DNA from: an uncultured bacterium
GTDB taxonomy: Bacteria; Planctomycetota; UBA1135; GCA-002686595
Assembly: GCA_943787795.1 (NCBI GenBank)
Contig: CALSNU010000002.1
Span: 704,001 to 768,000 of the forward strand
DNA length: 64,000 bases
Direction: 5' to 3'
Both the position numbers and the translations under genes were made by a program. The notes under the pieces are model-generated. The model made no database searches. It was given only the letters and a program-made list of their open reading frames with translations, and had not been told where the DNA came from. Positions 1 through 9,244 of the stretch are shown here, in pieces (position 1 is the stretch's first letter; every line of letters starts with the position of its first letter).

Positions 1-2
1 TG

Positions 3-617
3 GTCAACGAACTCGCGATCATCTTTCACAAGCTCGGAATCGACACCTCGGCGGTGCTAGAGGCGGCCGGTACGAAGTGGAACTTCCTCCCCTTCCACCC
101 CGGGTTGGTCGGCGGACATTGCATCGGCGTCGATCCCTACTATCTGACCCACAAGGCCAAGGCGGTGGGGTACCACCCGGAGATCATCCTCGCTGGCCGA
201 AGGCTGAACGACGGCATGGGGAGCTTTGTGGTCTCGAGGCTTGTTAAGGCGATGATCCGTAAGCGAATCCAGGTGGATGGTGCCCGAGTGCTGGTTCTCG
301 GCTTGGCCTTCAAGGAGAACGTCCCGGACCTTCGGAACACGCGCGTCATCGACGTGATCCGAGAGCTCGAGCAGTACAACGCGGAGGTCTCGGTGCACGA
401 CCCGCTGGTTGACCCGGTGGAGGCGAAGGCCGAGTACGCGATTGACATGACCGCCGTACCCGAGGCCGGGTCCTACGACGCGGTCATCGTCGCCGTGGCC
501 CACAGGGAATACCTCACCCTTGGCGCTGACGGGATTCGTGCCATGGGGACGGCTGAGTGTGTCCTCTTCGATCTGAAGGGTGTCCTTGGGCCGGATTCCG
601 ACCACCTTCGGCTCTGA
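3..617 (+). CDS. wbpO: UDP-N-acetylhexosamine 6-dehydrogenase (WbpO/TviB type), 5'-truncated by window edge
   Basis: Frame open from nt 3 (VNELAIIF); motifs TKWNFLPFHPGLVGGHCIGVDPYYL and GLAFKENVPDLRNTRV. Confidence 0.9.
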   Translation, partial: VNELAIIFHKLGIDTSAVLEAAGTKWNFLPFHPGLVGGHCIGVDPYYLTHKAKAVGYHPEIILAGRRLNDGMGSFVVSRLVKAMIRKRIQVDGARVLVLGLAFKENVPDLRNTRVIDVIRELEQYNAEVSVHDPLVDPVEAKAEYAIDMTAVPEAGSYDAVIVAVAHREYLTLGADGIRAMGTAECVLFDLKGVLGPDSDHLRL

Positions 618-726
618 TGAAGAAGCGCCTGTCGCGGGAGATTCTGAGGCAAATGGGGACCAGGCCCGTGGGCCGCCATCGTGCGGATATGTGGCCCTGT
701 GGCGCTCTCGGAGAGGGCGGAGCTCG

Positions 727-1854
727 ATGAGAGTTGCTTACTACTCGAACCAGTTCGTGGCAAGCCGGGGGCACGGGATCACCCGCTACTCCCGGAGCCT
801 GTTCCGCGCCCTTCGGGCGACTCAGGCGTCGCTCGAGGTCGTCCCCGTGACAAGCTGGAGCCCGGAGTCGATCGAGGGCTTCGACGCGCTCCGTGAGGAC
901 ACCGGAATCGAGGTCCTGCCCTGGGGACGGCGGCTCACGCCGCTTGCCTGGACCCTCCTTGGCGCGCCCGCAATCGAGCGCTGGCTCACGCCAGGATTCG
1001 ACCTGCTCCATGTTCTCGCGCTGGGATACCCGGTGCCCTCGCGCCTGCCCTGGGTGGTCACGATTCATGACATCGGGCCGTTGACCCATCCGCAGTACTT
1101 TCCGAAGTCAGACGCCGCGTTGATGAGGCGTGGACTCCGGCAAGCGGCCAGGTCCGCATCGGCGATGATCTGCGTTTCGCAGGCGACCGCGGACGAGGTG
1201 GAGGCTCACCTCGGTGGCACCGTTGCGGACAGGCTGCACGTTGTTGGGGAGGGGGTCACCCGTCGCGCGCGGTCGAACCCAGAGGGACCGCAGGCCGAAG
1301 TTGCGGACGGGCTTCCGGTCGGGACTCCCTTCCTCCTCGCCGCTGGCGGCGCGAGCCCCAGGAAGAACCTCGGGAGGCTGCTGTCATCGTTCGAGGGGCT
1401 GGCGGATCGGATCCCTCACCACCTGGTGCTTGTGGGGGGGAGTGGTTGGGGTCACTGCGACCTCGCCGCGAGGATCGAGGCGTCGTCATTCACAGACCGG
1501 ATCCACCGCCTCGGCTACGTCACGGACGACCAACTGGATGCCCTCTACGGTGCGGCGGCAGCCTTCGTTCACGTGTCTCTCTTTGAGGGGTTCGGCCTGC
1601 CCTTGCTTGAGGCCATGGAGGCGAGATGTCCGGTGGTGACCTCGAGCGTGTCGTCCCTGCCGGAGGTCGCAGGTGACGCCGCTGTCCTGGTGGATCCACA
1701 CGACGTGGAGGCCATCTCAGAGGGCATCCTTGCGGTCGTCTCAAGCGCCGATCTATCGGCTGAACTGGTGGAGAAGGGAGAGCTTCGGGTGAGCGAATTT
1801 ACCTGGGAAGCATGCGCTCGTCAGGTGGCCGACATCTACCGAGGAATCGCATGA
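727..1854 (+). CDS. Glycosyltransferase family 4 (WbaZ/MtfB-like)
   Basis: TIHD motif, PRKNL, SLFEGFGLPLLEAM (EX7E); likely start ATG 727. Confidence 0.9.
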   Translation: MRVAYYSNQFVASRGHGITRYSRSLFRALRATQASLEVVPVTSWSPESIEGFDALREDTGIEVLPWGRRLTPLAWTLLGAPAIERWLTPGFDLLHVLALGYPVPSRLPWVVTIHDIGPLTHPQYFPKSDAALMRRGLRQAARSASAMICVSQATADEVEAHLGGTVADRLHVVGEGVTRRARSNPEGPQAEVADGLPVGTPFLLAAGGASPRKNLGRLLSSFEGLADRIPHHLVLVGGSGWGHCDLAARIEASSFTDRIHRLGYVTDDQLDALYGAAAAFVHVSLFEGFGLPLLEAMEARCPVVTSSVSSLPEVAGDAAVLVDPHDVEAISEGILAVVSSADLSAELVEKGELRVSEFTWEACARQVADIYRGIA

Positions 1855-2837
1855 GCGCGGCGGGTCAACTGCCTGGGGCCTTCATGTTCTCGATGGACTT
1901 CGAGCTCTACTGGGGCGTGCTGCACAATCGGAGCCTTGACGACTATCGCGACAGGCTCCTGGGTGGACGCGAGGCGATCCCGAAGATCCTCGCGCTGGCT
2001 GAGAGGTACGGGGTGCACGCCACGTGGGCCACGGTGGGGTTTCTCTTCCTGGATGGTCTTGAGGACTTCGAGCGATTCCGTCCGGCTATGGAGCCTTCCT
2101 ATTCGGACCACCGATACTCGCCCTACGATTTTGTGGATCGCCTTGAGGGTCGGATCCCGCATGAGCTGCTCTTCGCGCGCGAACTTGTGAAGCAGATTGC
2201 GGCCACGCCTGGCCAAGAGGTTGCGACGCACACCTACTCGCACTTCGACTGCCAAGCTGAGGGGGTCTCGCTGGCCGAATTCGACGCTGACATCGCCGCC
2301 GCGTGCGAGGTTGGGTTGGAGCTCAGGATCGAGACCCAGAGCATTGTCTTTCCCCGGAATCAGTTCCTTCCTGCGCACCTGGAGGTGATCCGAAGTCACG
2401 GCATCAGGGCCTTCCGCGGAAACCCGGACCATTGGGCATACAACTTCTCAGGGGGCGCGCACGCAGAGTCGAGATGCCGGAGGTTCAGGATGTTGGATGC
2501 CCACATCGATCTCTCTGGGCCCCTGACCTCCGAGTGGTCAGGTCGAGGTGCGGAGCCACCCGCCGACCTGCCTGCGAGTTGGTTCCTTCGGCCGGAGCGC
2601 CCGGGCTTGGCGCCTCTACGCTGGATGCGTCTCCGACGCATCAAGCGCGCGATGGATCACGCGGCGCGCACGGGAACGGTCTTTCACCTGTGGGCCCACC
2701 CGCACAACTTCGGCGGCGATGTCGAGAGGAGCACCTGGTTCCTGGGGGAGGTCTTCAAGCACTACGAGCACCTTCGAGAGCGCGAGGGGATGAGGTCCAT
2801 GAGCATGGGCGAGGCCTCTGAGGCTGCTCGTGGGTGA
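1851..2837 (+). CDS. Polysaccharide deacetylase (CE4-like)
   Basis: SMDFELYWG, ATWATVG, EVATHTYSH, VFPRNQ, FHLWAHPHN; ATGA overlap with upstream stop. Confidence 0.85.
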   Translation: MSAAGQLPGAFMFSMDFELYWGVLHNRSLDDYRDRLLGGREAIPKILALAERYGVHATWATVGFLFLDGLEDFERFRPAMEPSYSDHRYSPYDFVDRLEGRIPHELLFARELVKQIAATPGQEVATHTYSHFDCQAEGVSLAEFDADIAAACEVGLELRIETQSIVFPRNQFLPAHLEVIRSHGIRAFRGNPDHWAYNFSGGAHAESRCRRFRMLDAHIDLSGPLTSEWSGRGAEPPADLPASWFLRPERPGLAPLRWMRLRRIKRAMDHAARTGTVFHLWAHPHNFGGDVERSTWFLGEVFKHYEHLREREGMRSMSMGEASEAARG

Positions 2838-3035
2838 GCGGTTCGATCCCCTAGGCCACTCCTCGCGTATCCTGACTTCGCCGCAATCGCTCCAGCCTCG
2901 GCGAGGTGTCGATCGATCATCACCTGCAGTGGGACGGTAAGCCCCCAACCACCACCAGCTTCGTCCGACGATACGCTCTTCGCTCATTTGCAGTCTCTCC
3001 TCTTCGCGGACTGAGCCTCCTCAACCCAAAGCACC

Positions 3036-4196
3036 GTGGAACCTGTTCGTGTACTCCGGATTCAATCGAGGATCTGCATCGGTGGGCCTTCGTTGAATAC
3101 GACCTACCTGTCTCAGTACCTCGCCCCTCTTGGATACGAGACCATCCTGGCTGGAGGTGCTCTCGACGACGGAGACCAGAGTTCGATCCCGGAGGCGAAG
3201 CGTCGCGGGGTGGAGGTCGTTGAGCTTGGTTCCATGCGACGATCCCTGGGCCCTGTCGCGGATCTCCTCGCGGTCTGGCAGATCATCCGCTTGATCCGCA
3301 AGTTCCGCCCCAGCGTCGTCCACACTCACACGGCCAAGGCCGGTGCGATCGGACGTTTCGCCGCGTGGCTATGTCGTGTCCCTGTTGTCGTCCATACCTT
3401 CCACGGACACGTCTTCGAGGGCTACTTCACGCCTCGGGTCAGTCGGATGTTCCAGCGGGTAGAGCGGGTGCTGGCGGGTATGTCAGATCGGATCATCGCG
3501 ATCAGTCCCTCTCAACTCACAGACCTGTCATCGAGATTCAAGATCGCCAGGCCTGAGAAGTTCGCGTGTATCCCCCTCGGCTTCGAGCTTGATCAATTCA
3601 AGAACTGTGGCGAGCACTTGGGGGAACTTCGAGCTGAGTTCGGCCTCGGCGCCGAGGTCGTCCTCGTTGGTCTCATCGGTCGGCTGGTGCCGATCAAGAA
3701 CCACAGGCTGCTCCTTGAGGCCATTGCCAGATTGGACGTGACGGCGGAGGTCCGCTTCTTCATCGTCGGCGACGGACACATACGCAGGGAGCTCGAGCAA
3801 AAGGCGACCGACTTGGGCATCGCAGACCGGGTGATCTTCACAGGCGCACGGTATGACACGGCGCGGATCTATGCGGACCTCGATATCGTGGCCCTGACCT
3901 CGATCAATGAGGGAACGCCGGTGACGCTCATCGAGGCGATGGCGGCGGGCAAGTCGATCGTGACCACGGATGTCGGGGGGATTCGAGACATCCTCCCCAA
4001 GGGCTACGGAGCCGTGGTTCCCAGTGGCGACGTGGCGGCATTCGCGGAGGCCCTGGCGAGGTTCATCGACGACGAGGGCGCTCGTGCGTCAGCGGTGAAC
4101 GCGTCGCAGGCTGACATCGCTCGCTTTGAGGTCGACCGTCTCGCAGGCGACGTTGATCGGCTCTATCGCTCACTCCTTAACCTGGAGCCCCGTTGA
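3036..4196 (+). CDS. Glycosyltransferase family 4
   Basis: HTHTAKAG, HTFHGHVF, GRLVPIKNH, SINEGTPVTLIEAMAAG. Confidence 0.9.
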   Translation: MEPVRVLRIQSRICIGGPSLNTTYLSQYLAPLGYETILAGGALDDGDQSSIPEAKRRGVEVVELGSMRRSLGPVADLLAVWQIIRLIRKFRPSVVHTHTAKAGAIGRFAAWLCRVPVVVHTFHGHVFEGYFTPRVSRMFQRVERVLAGMSDRIIAISPSQLTDLSSRFKIARPEKFACIPLGFELDQFKNCGEHLGELRAEFGLGAEVVLVGLIGRLVPIKNHRLLLEAIARLDVTAEVRFFIVGDGHIRRELEQKATDLGIADRVIFTGARYDTARIYADLDIVALTSINEGTPVTLIEAMAAGKSIVTTDVGGIRDILPKGYGAVVPSGDVAAFAEALARFIDDEGARASAVNASQADIARFEVDRLAGDVDRLYRSLLNLEPR

Positions 4197-4284
4197 TCCT
4201 GGACGAGGACCGTGGCGGTTCGGAGTCGCCCCGGACGGGACGCCCTCGCGCACGGCTGGTAGCCCCATCGGGGCGGTATTCCTG

Positions 4285-5406
4285 ATGAAGCAGACAGTAG
4301 TGCACCTCATCAACGACCTGGAGCGGGCGGGCGCGCAGCAGATGGTGCTCTCGATCGTCAGGGCGCATGACCGGGAGCGCTTCGAGCCGGTGGTCGTCAT
4401 GTGGGGGGGGCCTGGCGACCTGAAGCGCGCCTTCGCGGAGCTTGGAGTGGAGGTGGTCGACCTCGGCGCGCGACGCAAGCTGAGTGCCGAGGCGTCCTGG
4501 AGGCTCGTGGGGCAGTTGAGGCGCCGGAAGCTCGCCGTGATTCACACCCACTTGTTTCACATGCATGTGATGGGGCGCCTCGCTGCACTTCTCGCAGGGA
4601 GTCAGGTCGTGGTCTCAACACACCACAACCTTCGTTCGGGCAATCACCCTCTCATGCGGGTGGCGGAGCGGTGGACCCGGCCTTTGACCACCGCAACCAC
4701 CGCCGTGACCGAGGCAGCGGAGTCGACATACTTCGGCGATAGCGCGCCGTTCTCAGAGGAGCTCTTCCTCGAAGGACGTCGCCACTTCACGATCTCGAAC
4801 GGTCTTGCGACGGAAGATCTTGATGGGGTCCGGCGCGATACGGACCGGGCAGCCGTCCGCGCTGAGCTTGGCCTCGAGGGCGACTTCGTCCTGGCCTGCG
4901 TCGGACGCCTTCACCCGAGCAAGGGCCACGAGGATCTGTTGCAAGCGATGAGTGAGGTCGTACGGGTGAACGACGGTGTGAGGCTCCTCTTGGTGGGTGA
5001 GGGCGCGCTTCGCCCCGCGCTGGAGTCATTGATCCAGGAGCTCCGATTGGGTTCCGTGGTGACCCTCCTCGGGCATCGGTCCGATGCTGCGCGGATTGTC
5101 GCGGCGTCAGACGCCTTCGTTCTCCCCTCTGTGGTCGAGGGCTTCGGGCTCGCGGTGGCCGAGGCGATGATGTTGGGGGTGCCTGTCATCGCGACGAACC
5201 TAGACTCGATCCAGGAGGTCGTTGGGCCATGCGGGGTACTCGTCCCCCCCCGATCACCCCACGCGTTAGCGGATGCGATACTCAGTCTCGTGAAGGACCG
5301 ACCGCAGCGATCCGAGGAAGGCATGGATCGCGTACGAGATCGATTTGATATCCGTGCCGTGGTGCGCCAGTACGAGCAGCTCTACGCTCTTCTCATTGAC
5401 TTGTAG
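4285..5406 (+). CDS. Glycosyltransferase family 4
   Basis: AGAQ, IHTHLF, VGRLHPSKG, PSVVEGFGLAVAEAM. Confidence 0.9.
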   Translation: MKQTVVHLINDLERAGAQQMVLSIVRAHDRERFEPVVVMWGGPGDLKRAFAELGVEVVDLGARRKLSAEASWRLVGQLRRRKLAVIHTHLFHMHVMGRLAALLAGSQVVVSTHHNLRSGNHPLMRVAERWTRPLTTATTAVTEAAESTYFGDSAPFSEELFLEGRRHFTISNGLATEDLDGVRRDTDRAAVRAELGLEGDFVLACVGRLHPSKGHEDLLQAMSEVVRVNDGVRLLLVGEGALRPALESLIQELRLGSVVTLLGHRSDAARIVAASDAFVLPSVVEGFGLAVAEAMMLGVPVIATNLDSIQEVVGPCGVLVPPRSPHALADAILSLVKDRPQRSEEGMDRVRDRFDIRAVVRQYEQLYALLIDL

Positions 5407-5546
5407 GCCGGCCAGTAGGATCGGTGTACTGTTCCGATGACAACGCCGCGCGTTAGTGTGGGGCTAATGGCCCAGTCTAGACGTTACGTGGGGGTCCCGA
5501 TGCAGACCTAGCCATGCTGCAGGTACTTGGACGAGAGAAATAAACC

Positions 5547-6299
5547 TTGAAGGCGACTCATCTCTACTTTCTAAATCGCGTCGAAGCACTTCAGTCCTCT
5601 TCGTGCGCTTGGAGCACGCTCGACTTTGGTTGCGGGCACGGTGAGGTTGTTCAGGAGGGAGTGCGTCGTGGCCTCGACATGTTTGGGTGCGAGTACGCCG
5701 GGCCAGGGGGCCACCTGGATATTCCTGAGCACATCTCAGAGGCTGGCCTCGCGGACCGAGTCCGGCTCACTGACGGGAAGGTGATTCCCTTCGATGACGG
5801 CGCCTTTGACCTCGTCATCTCCAATCAGGTCTTCGAGCACATTCCTAACTTCAACGAGAACCTACGGGAGATAGGACGCGTTCTCGGCGGCGGCGGGACC
5901 TTCATCAACTTCTTCCCGCACAAGGGCACCGTCTTCGAGGTCCATTGCCGAGCCCCCATGCCGCACTGGTTCGGAAGCAACGTGGTCCGGGCTCCGCTGT
6001 TGCTTGCCGGGAAGCTCTCAGGTCTTGGTCGCCGAAAGAAGGAGCGGAACCCCATTCGTTGGGTCCGCTTCTGGTTGAGTTGGCTTGAGGGGAACACGTT
6101 CTACCGAAGCAAGCGCGATGTCCTGAGGTCGTATCGAGATGAGGGATTCCAAGATGTCGAGATCGATACCCTTGGTTACGTCCTTGCCCGCCACCGAGGG
6201 TCGACCTGGGCCCTGATCCGATTCATGCCCTTCTCTGAGCGCCTCGCGCAGCGTTTCTTCGGGCTGATGATCGTCGCACGCAAGGGGCCTCGAGATTAG
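5547..6299 (+). CDS. Class I SAM-dependent methyltransferase
   Basis: LDFGCGHG motif I; IPFDDGAFDLVISNQVFEHI; last gene of the glycan operon. Confidence 0.85.
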   Translation: MKATHLYFLNRVEALQSSSCAWSTLDFGCGHGEVVQEGVRRGLDMFGCEYAGPGGHLDIPEHISEAGLADRVRLTDGKVIPFDDGAFDLVISNQVFEHIPNFNENLREIGRVLGGGGTFINFFPHKGTVFEVHCRAPMPHWFGSNVVRAPLLLAGKLSGLGRRKKERNPIRWVRFWLSWLEGNTFYRSKRDVLRSYRDEGFQDVEIDTLGYVLARHRGSTWALIRFMPFSERLAQRFFGLMIVARKGPRD

Positions 6300-6628
6300 G
6301 GAGGCACTGGGTCGGGGCTTCCCACGCCCAGGGGAGGCGTTGACCTCGAGCCGCTCGCGGGGCGTTGCCTGAGGCGGTGTTGCGGGCGGTGGCCTCGTGT
6401 GAGAGACCATGAGTTGCCGCTGATTCTGTAGTTGGGGACCCCACCCCCTCCATCAATGGGCGCTCGACGGCGTCGGCCATCGACACCTCCGTCTTCTATG
6501 GGGTATTGTGGAAGTACCGCGGCCTCATTCGTCCTTCCTTGACGGATGGGTGAGGGGTGGGCGGTGTCGAGGCGTGGCCTCGGTGCCCCGGTCTCTGGTG
6601 CCGCCAGCCCTGCCAGGTCAGGCTTGAT

Positions 6629-7426
6629 ATGGATCAGCCTTCGAATTCGGGATCTTCCCATCCGCGCGCGGCGGCCCCCTTGGATGGGGTGGGAGAGGCT
6701 GTAGGAGAGCGGGTTTGTCGGAGTCAGGCTCCGGCTCGGGGGGGCGAGCGGTGGGCCTCCAGGAGGGCGCGGCGGAAGGTCGGATATCGGATCGGGGCCA
6801 CGGTGGGGGCGGTGTTCCTGGCGGTGTTCTCTTGGGGGGACGATGGGCAGGTGCTGGCCAAGGGGCCGGCGAATCCTGGGCATGGGGCGTTGGAGTGCGC
6901 GGACTGTCATGACTCGGCGCCGGGGACGGTGCGGCAGCAGGTCCAGGCGGCGGTGGCCTTCGGGCTGGGGCTGCGGGAGACGGCGCCGGCTATCGGGCGG
7001 CTGCCGGTGACGAATCGGATCTGCCTCGACTGCCACGAGCGGGAGGAGGACCACCACCCCACCCACGTGTTCACCCAGCCCAAGTACGCGGACGAGCGGG
7101 AGGAGATCGCGGCGCACCTGTGCATCACCTGCCACCGCGAGCACAGCGGGCGGCACGTGGAGAATACGGGGCAGTTCTGCGCGACGTGCCACTCGGGGAT
7201 GGAGGTGCGGGAGGATCGGATGACGCCGACCCACGCGGCCCTGGCCGCGGAGGAGCGGTGGGACACCTGCCTGCGCTGTCACGACTTCCATGGGAACCAC
7301 CACCACGAGTGGCCCGAGTCGTTGGAGGAGGCGTTCGGGGGCCGGGAGGTCCTTCGCCACCTGGACAGCGGGACGCCTATGTACGGAGAGAAACGGGAAC
7401 CGGCGCGGACGTCGCGCGACCGATAG
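6629..7426 (+). CDS. Membrane-anchored pentaheme c-type cytochrome
   Basis: Five CxxCH motifs (CADCH, CLDCH, CITCH, CATCH, CLRCH) after one hydrophobic segment; start uncertain. Confidence 0.8.
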   Translation: MDQPSNSGSSHPRAAAPLDGVGEAVGERVCRSQAPARGGERWASRRARRKVGYRIGATVGAVFLAVFSWGDDGQVLAKGPANPGHGALECADCHDSAPGTVRQQVQAAVAFGLGLRETAPAIGRLPVTNRICLDCHEREEDHHPTHVFTQPKYADEREEIAAHLCITCHREHSGRHVENTGQFCATCHSGMEVREDRMTPTHAALAAEERWDTCLRCHDFHGNHHHEWPESLEEAFGGREVLRHLDSGTPMYGEKREPARTSRDR

Positions 7427-7442
7427 GGTCAGGGTGCTTCTG

Positions 7443-8261
7443 ATGTTTGTCCGAGCCTCCGTCCTCCTCGGCCTCGCGGCCCTCTGCATCTACCTCTTCG
7501 TGACGGCGCCGCCGCCGCTGGAGGAGGAGGGCGCGGTGGAGGCCTCGGTGCCCATCGAGGAGGCCTTCGCGGTGCTGGCGCGGGAAAACGACGTCGCGCG
7601 GACGCTGTGGACCCGCGAGATCGTGGGCGCGGGCAAGAAGGTGGGCCTGAGCTTCGCCGAGGACTGGGAGGACGACGGGGTGGACGCGGGGCCGCTGCCG
7701 GCGCTCTTCCTCAAGGAGACCTCCCGGCAGCTCAACCGCAAGCCGGCGCCCCTGGCGCTCTACCTCGGCTCCGACGCGCCGATCGTCGAGGGGAACCGCT
7801 TCGATGGACAGCAGGCCGAGGAGTTCGCCCAGCTGCGCGCCACGGGCGACCCGCGGTTCTTCCTGGACCTCGAGTTCGGACTGCAGACGGCGATGTTCCC
7901 CGACGTCGCCGGCGCGGACGCCTGCGTGACCTGTCACAACGCCCACGTGGACTCGCCCCGGGACGACTGGGCGCGGGGCGACGTGATGGGGGCGACGACC
8001 TGGACCTACCCCGAGGCCACCGTCTCCCTCGACCGGCTCGTGGAGCTGATGGACGTCTACCGCGAGTGCACGCGCCTCGCCTACGAGCGCTACCTCGCCA
8101 AGGCCGCGACCTTCGAGGAGCCGCCCCCCGTGGGGGACCGCTGGCCCCGCGAAGGTGAGCGCGTCCTCCCGAGCGCGGACGTCTTCATGGAGGAGATCGA
8201 GCGCAGCGTCTCCCGGGACACCGTCGCGTCGCTCATCGGCCTCGTCAGGTCGCGCCGCTGA
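7443..8261 (+). CDS. Monoheme c protein, DUF3365/Tll0287-like
   Basis: N-terminal TM/signal; ACVTCHNAH...DWARGDVMGA. Confidence 0.7.
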   Translation: MFVRASVLLGLAALCIYLFVTAPPPLEEEGAVEASVPIEEAFAVLARENDVARTLWTREIVGAGKKVGLSFAEDWEDDGVDAGPLPALFLKETSRQLNRKPAPLALYLGSDAPIVEGNRFDGQQAEEFAQLRATGDPRFFLDLEFGLQTAMFPDVAGADACVTCHNAHVDSPRDDWARGDVMGATTWTYPEATVSLDRLVELMDVYRECTRLAYERYLAKAATFEEPPPVGDRWPREGERVLPSADVFMEEIERSVSRDTVASLIGLVRSRR

Positions 8262-8263
8262 CC

Positions 8264-8746
8264 GTGCGCTACCCCGCCCACACGAGGCGCCCGATCTTCT
8301 GGGGCACCCTCGCGCTGGTCCTCGCGCTGCTGCCCTTCCTGGGCGTGCCCACGCCCGAGGGCCTGCGGTCGATCTACGCGGACCCCACCTACCGCGTGGT
8401 GACCGGCTTCGCCCTCACCGTCCTCGTCGCGTTCCAGTGGGCCTACGTGGTCCTGCGGCGGCGCCCGGGGACCGACGTGAAGGCGCTGCTGGTCCAGCAC
8501 CTCTGGATCGGCGCGGCGGCGCCGATCCTGCTGATGATCCACGCCCTGTCCTCGGGCTACGGCTACCAGGCCGCGCTCGTCTGGGTCTTCCTCGCGAACT
8601 GCGTCCTCGGCCTGCTCAGCCCACGGATCCCCGGGCGTCAGCTCCGAGGGCTCGAGCGGCTCTGGCTCCCGCTCCACATCGCGGGCTCCATCAGCGTCGT
8701 CGCGCTGATCGCCATCCACGTGGTGGTCGTGACGCGCTACCACTGA
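8264..8746 (+). CDS. Multi-TM membrane protein with intramembrane His residues (cytochrome b-like)
   Basis: 4-5 hydrophobic helices; His in QHLWIG, MIHAL, LHIAG, AIHVV; 2 nt after upstream stop. Confidence 0.65.
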   Translation: MRYPAHTRRPIFWGTLALVLALLPFLGVPTPEGLRSIYADPTYRVVTGFALTVLVAFQWAYVVLRRRPGTDVKALLVQHLWIGAAAPILLMIHALSSGYGYQAALVWVFLANCVLGLLSPRIPGRQLRGLERLWLPLHIAGSISVVALIAIHVVVVTRYH

Positions 8747-8759
8747 GCGGCGCCGCCGC

Positions 8760-8978
8760 TCAGCCGCCGAGGAACAGGTCGAGGACGCTGTCCGCGGTGC
8801 TGACGGTCTTCTTGAAGAACTCCGTGTAGCCGCAGTCGCTGCAGGTGATGTGCGTGAAGCGCTGGTTCTGGATGTCGAAGAAGCGGGAGAGGCCGTCGCC
8901 TGTGGTGCGGATGACGCCGTGATCGAACTGGCGGCACTGGCACTTGGGACACTCGTACTGATGGCGCTCTTGGGGCAT
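8760..8978 (-). CDS. Small zinc-ribbon protein (DUF2082-like)
   Basis: YECPKC...SRFFDIQNQRF..ITCSDCGYTEFF...VLDLFLG. Confidence 0.8.
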   Translation of the reverse strand: MPQERHQYECPKCQCRQFDHGVIRTTGDGLSRFFDIQNQRFTHITCSDCGYTEFFKKTVSTADSVLDLFLGG

Positions 8979-9244
8979 GGGGGCTCCGTCTTGGGGTGGA
9001 TTCGGGTCGGGCCGGGGGCGGGCACGCCTCGCGGGCCAGGGGTCATTACGGGGCAGCCGTGAGGTTATTCACGGCCGGGCAAGGGGTCCCTGGGGGCCGC
9101 CGGGGCCCGCTCGGCCCATTGGGACCGATTGACGCGCATGGTCCGGGCTTCGGTGCGTAGCCTCGATCGAAGCGGGCCGATAGGTGCCGCAGGGGAGCCG
9201 CCCTCCCCGAACCACTCGCCCCCGCGGCGAAGGAGACCCCAGAC

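Noticed and set aside
615..620. TGATGA at the end of wbpO as Sec read-through
   Set aside because: The protein ends at the normal family C-terminus, another stop follows after 7 codons, and no SECIS-like stem is evident
2835..2870. GGTTCGATCCC tRNA T-loop-like motif
   Set aside because: No acceptor, D or anticodon arms could be built
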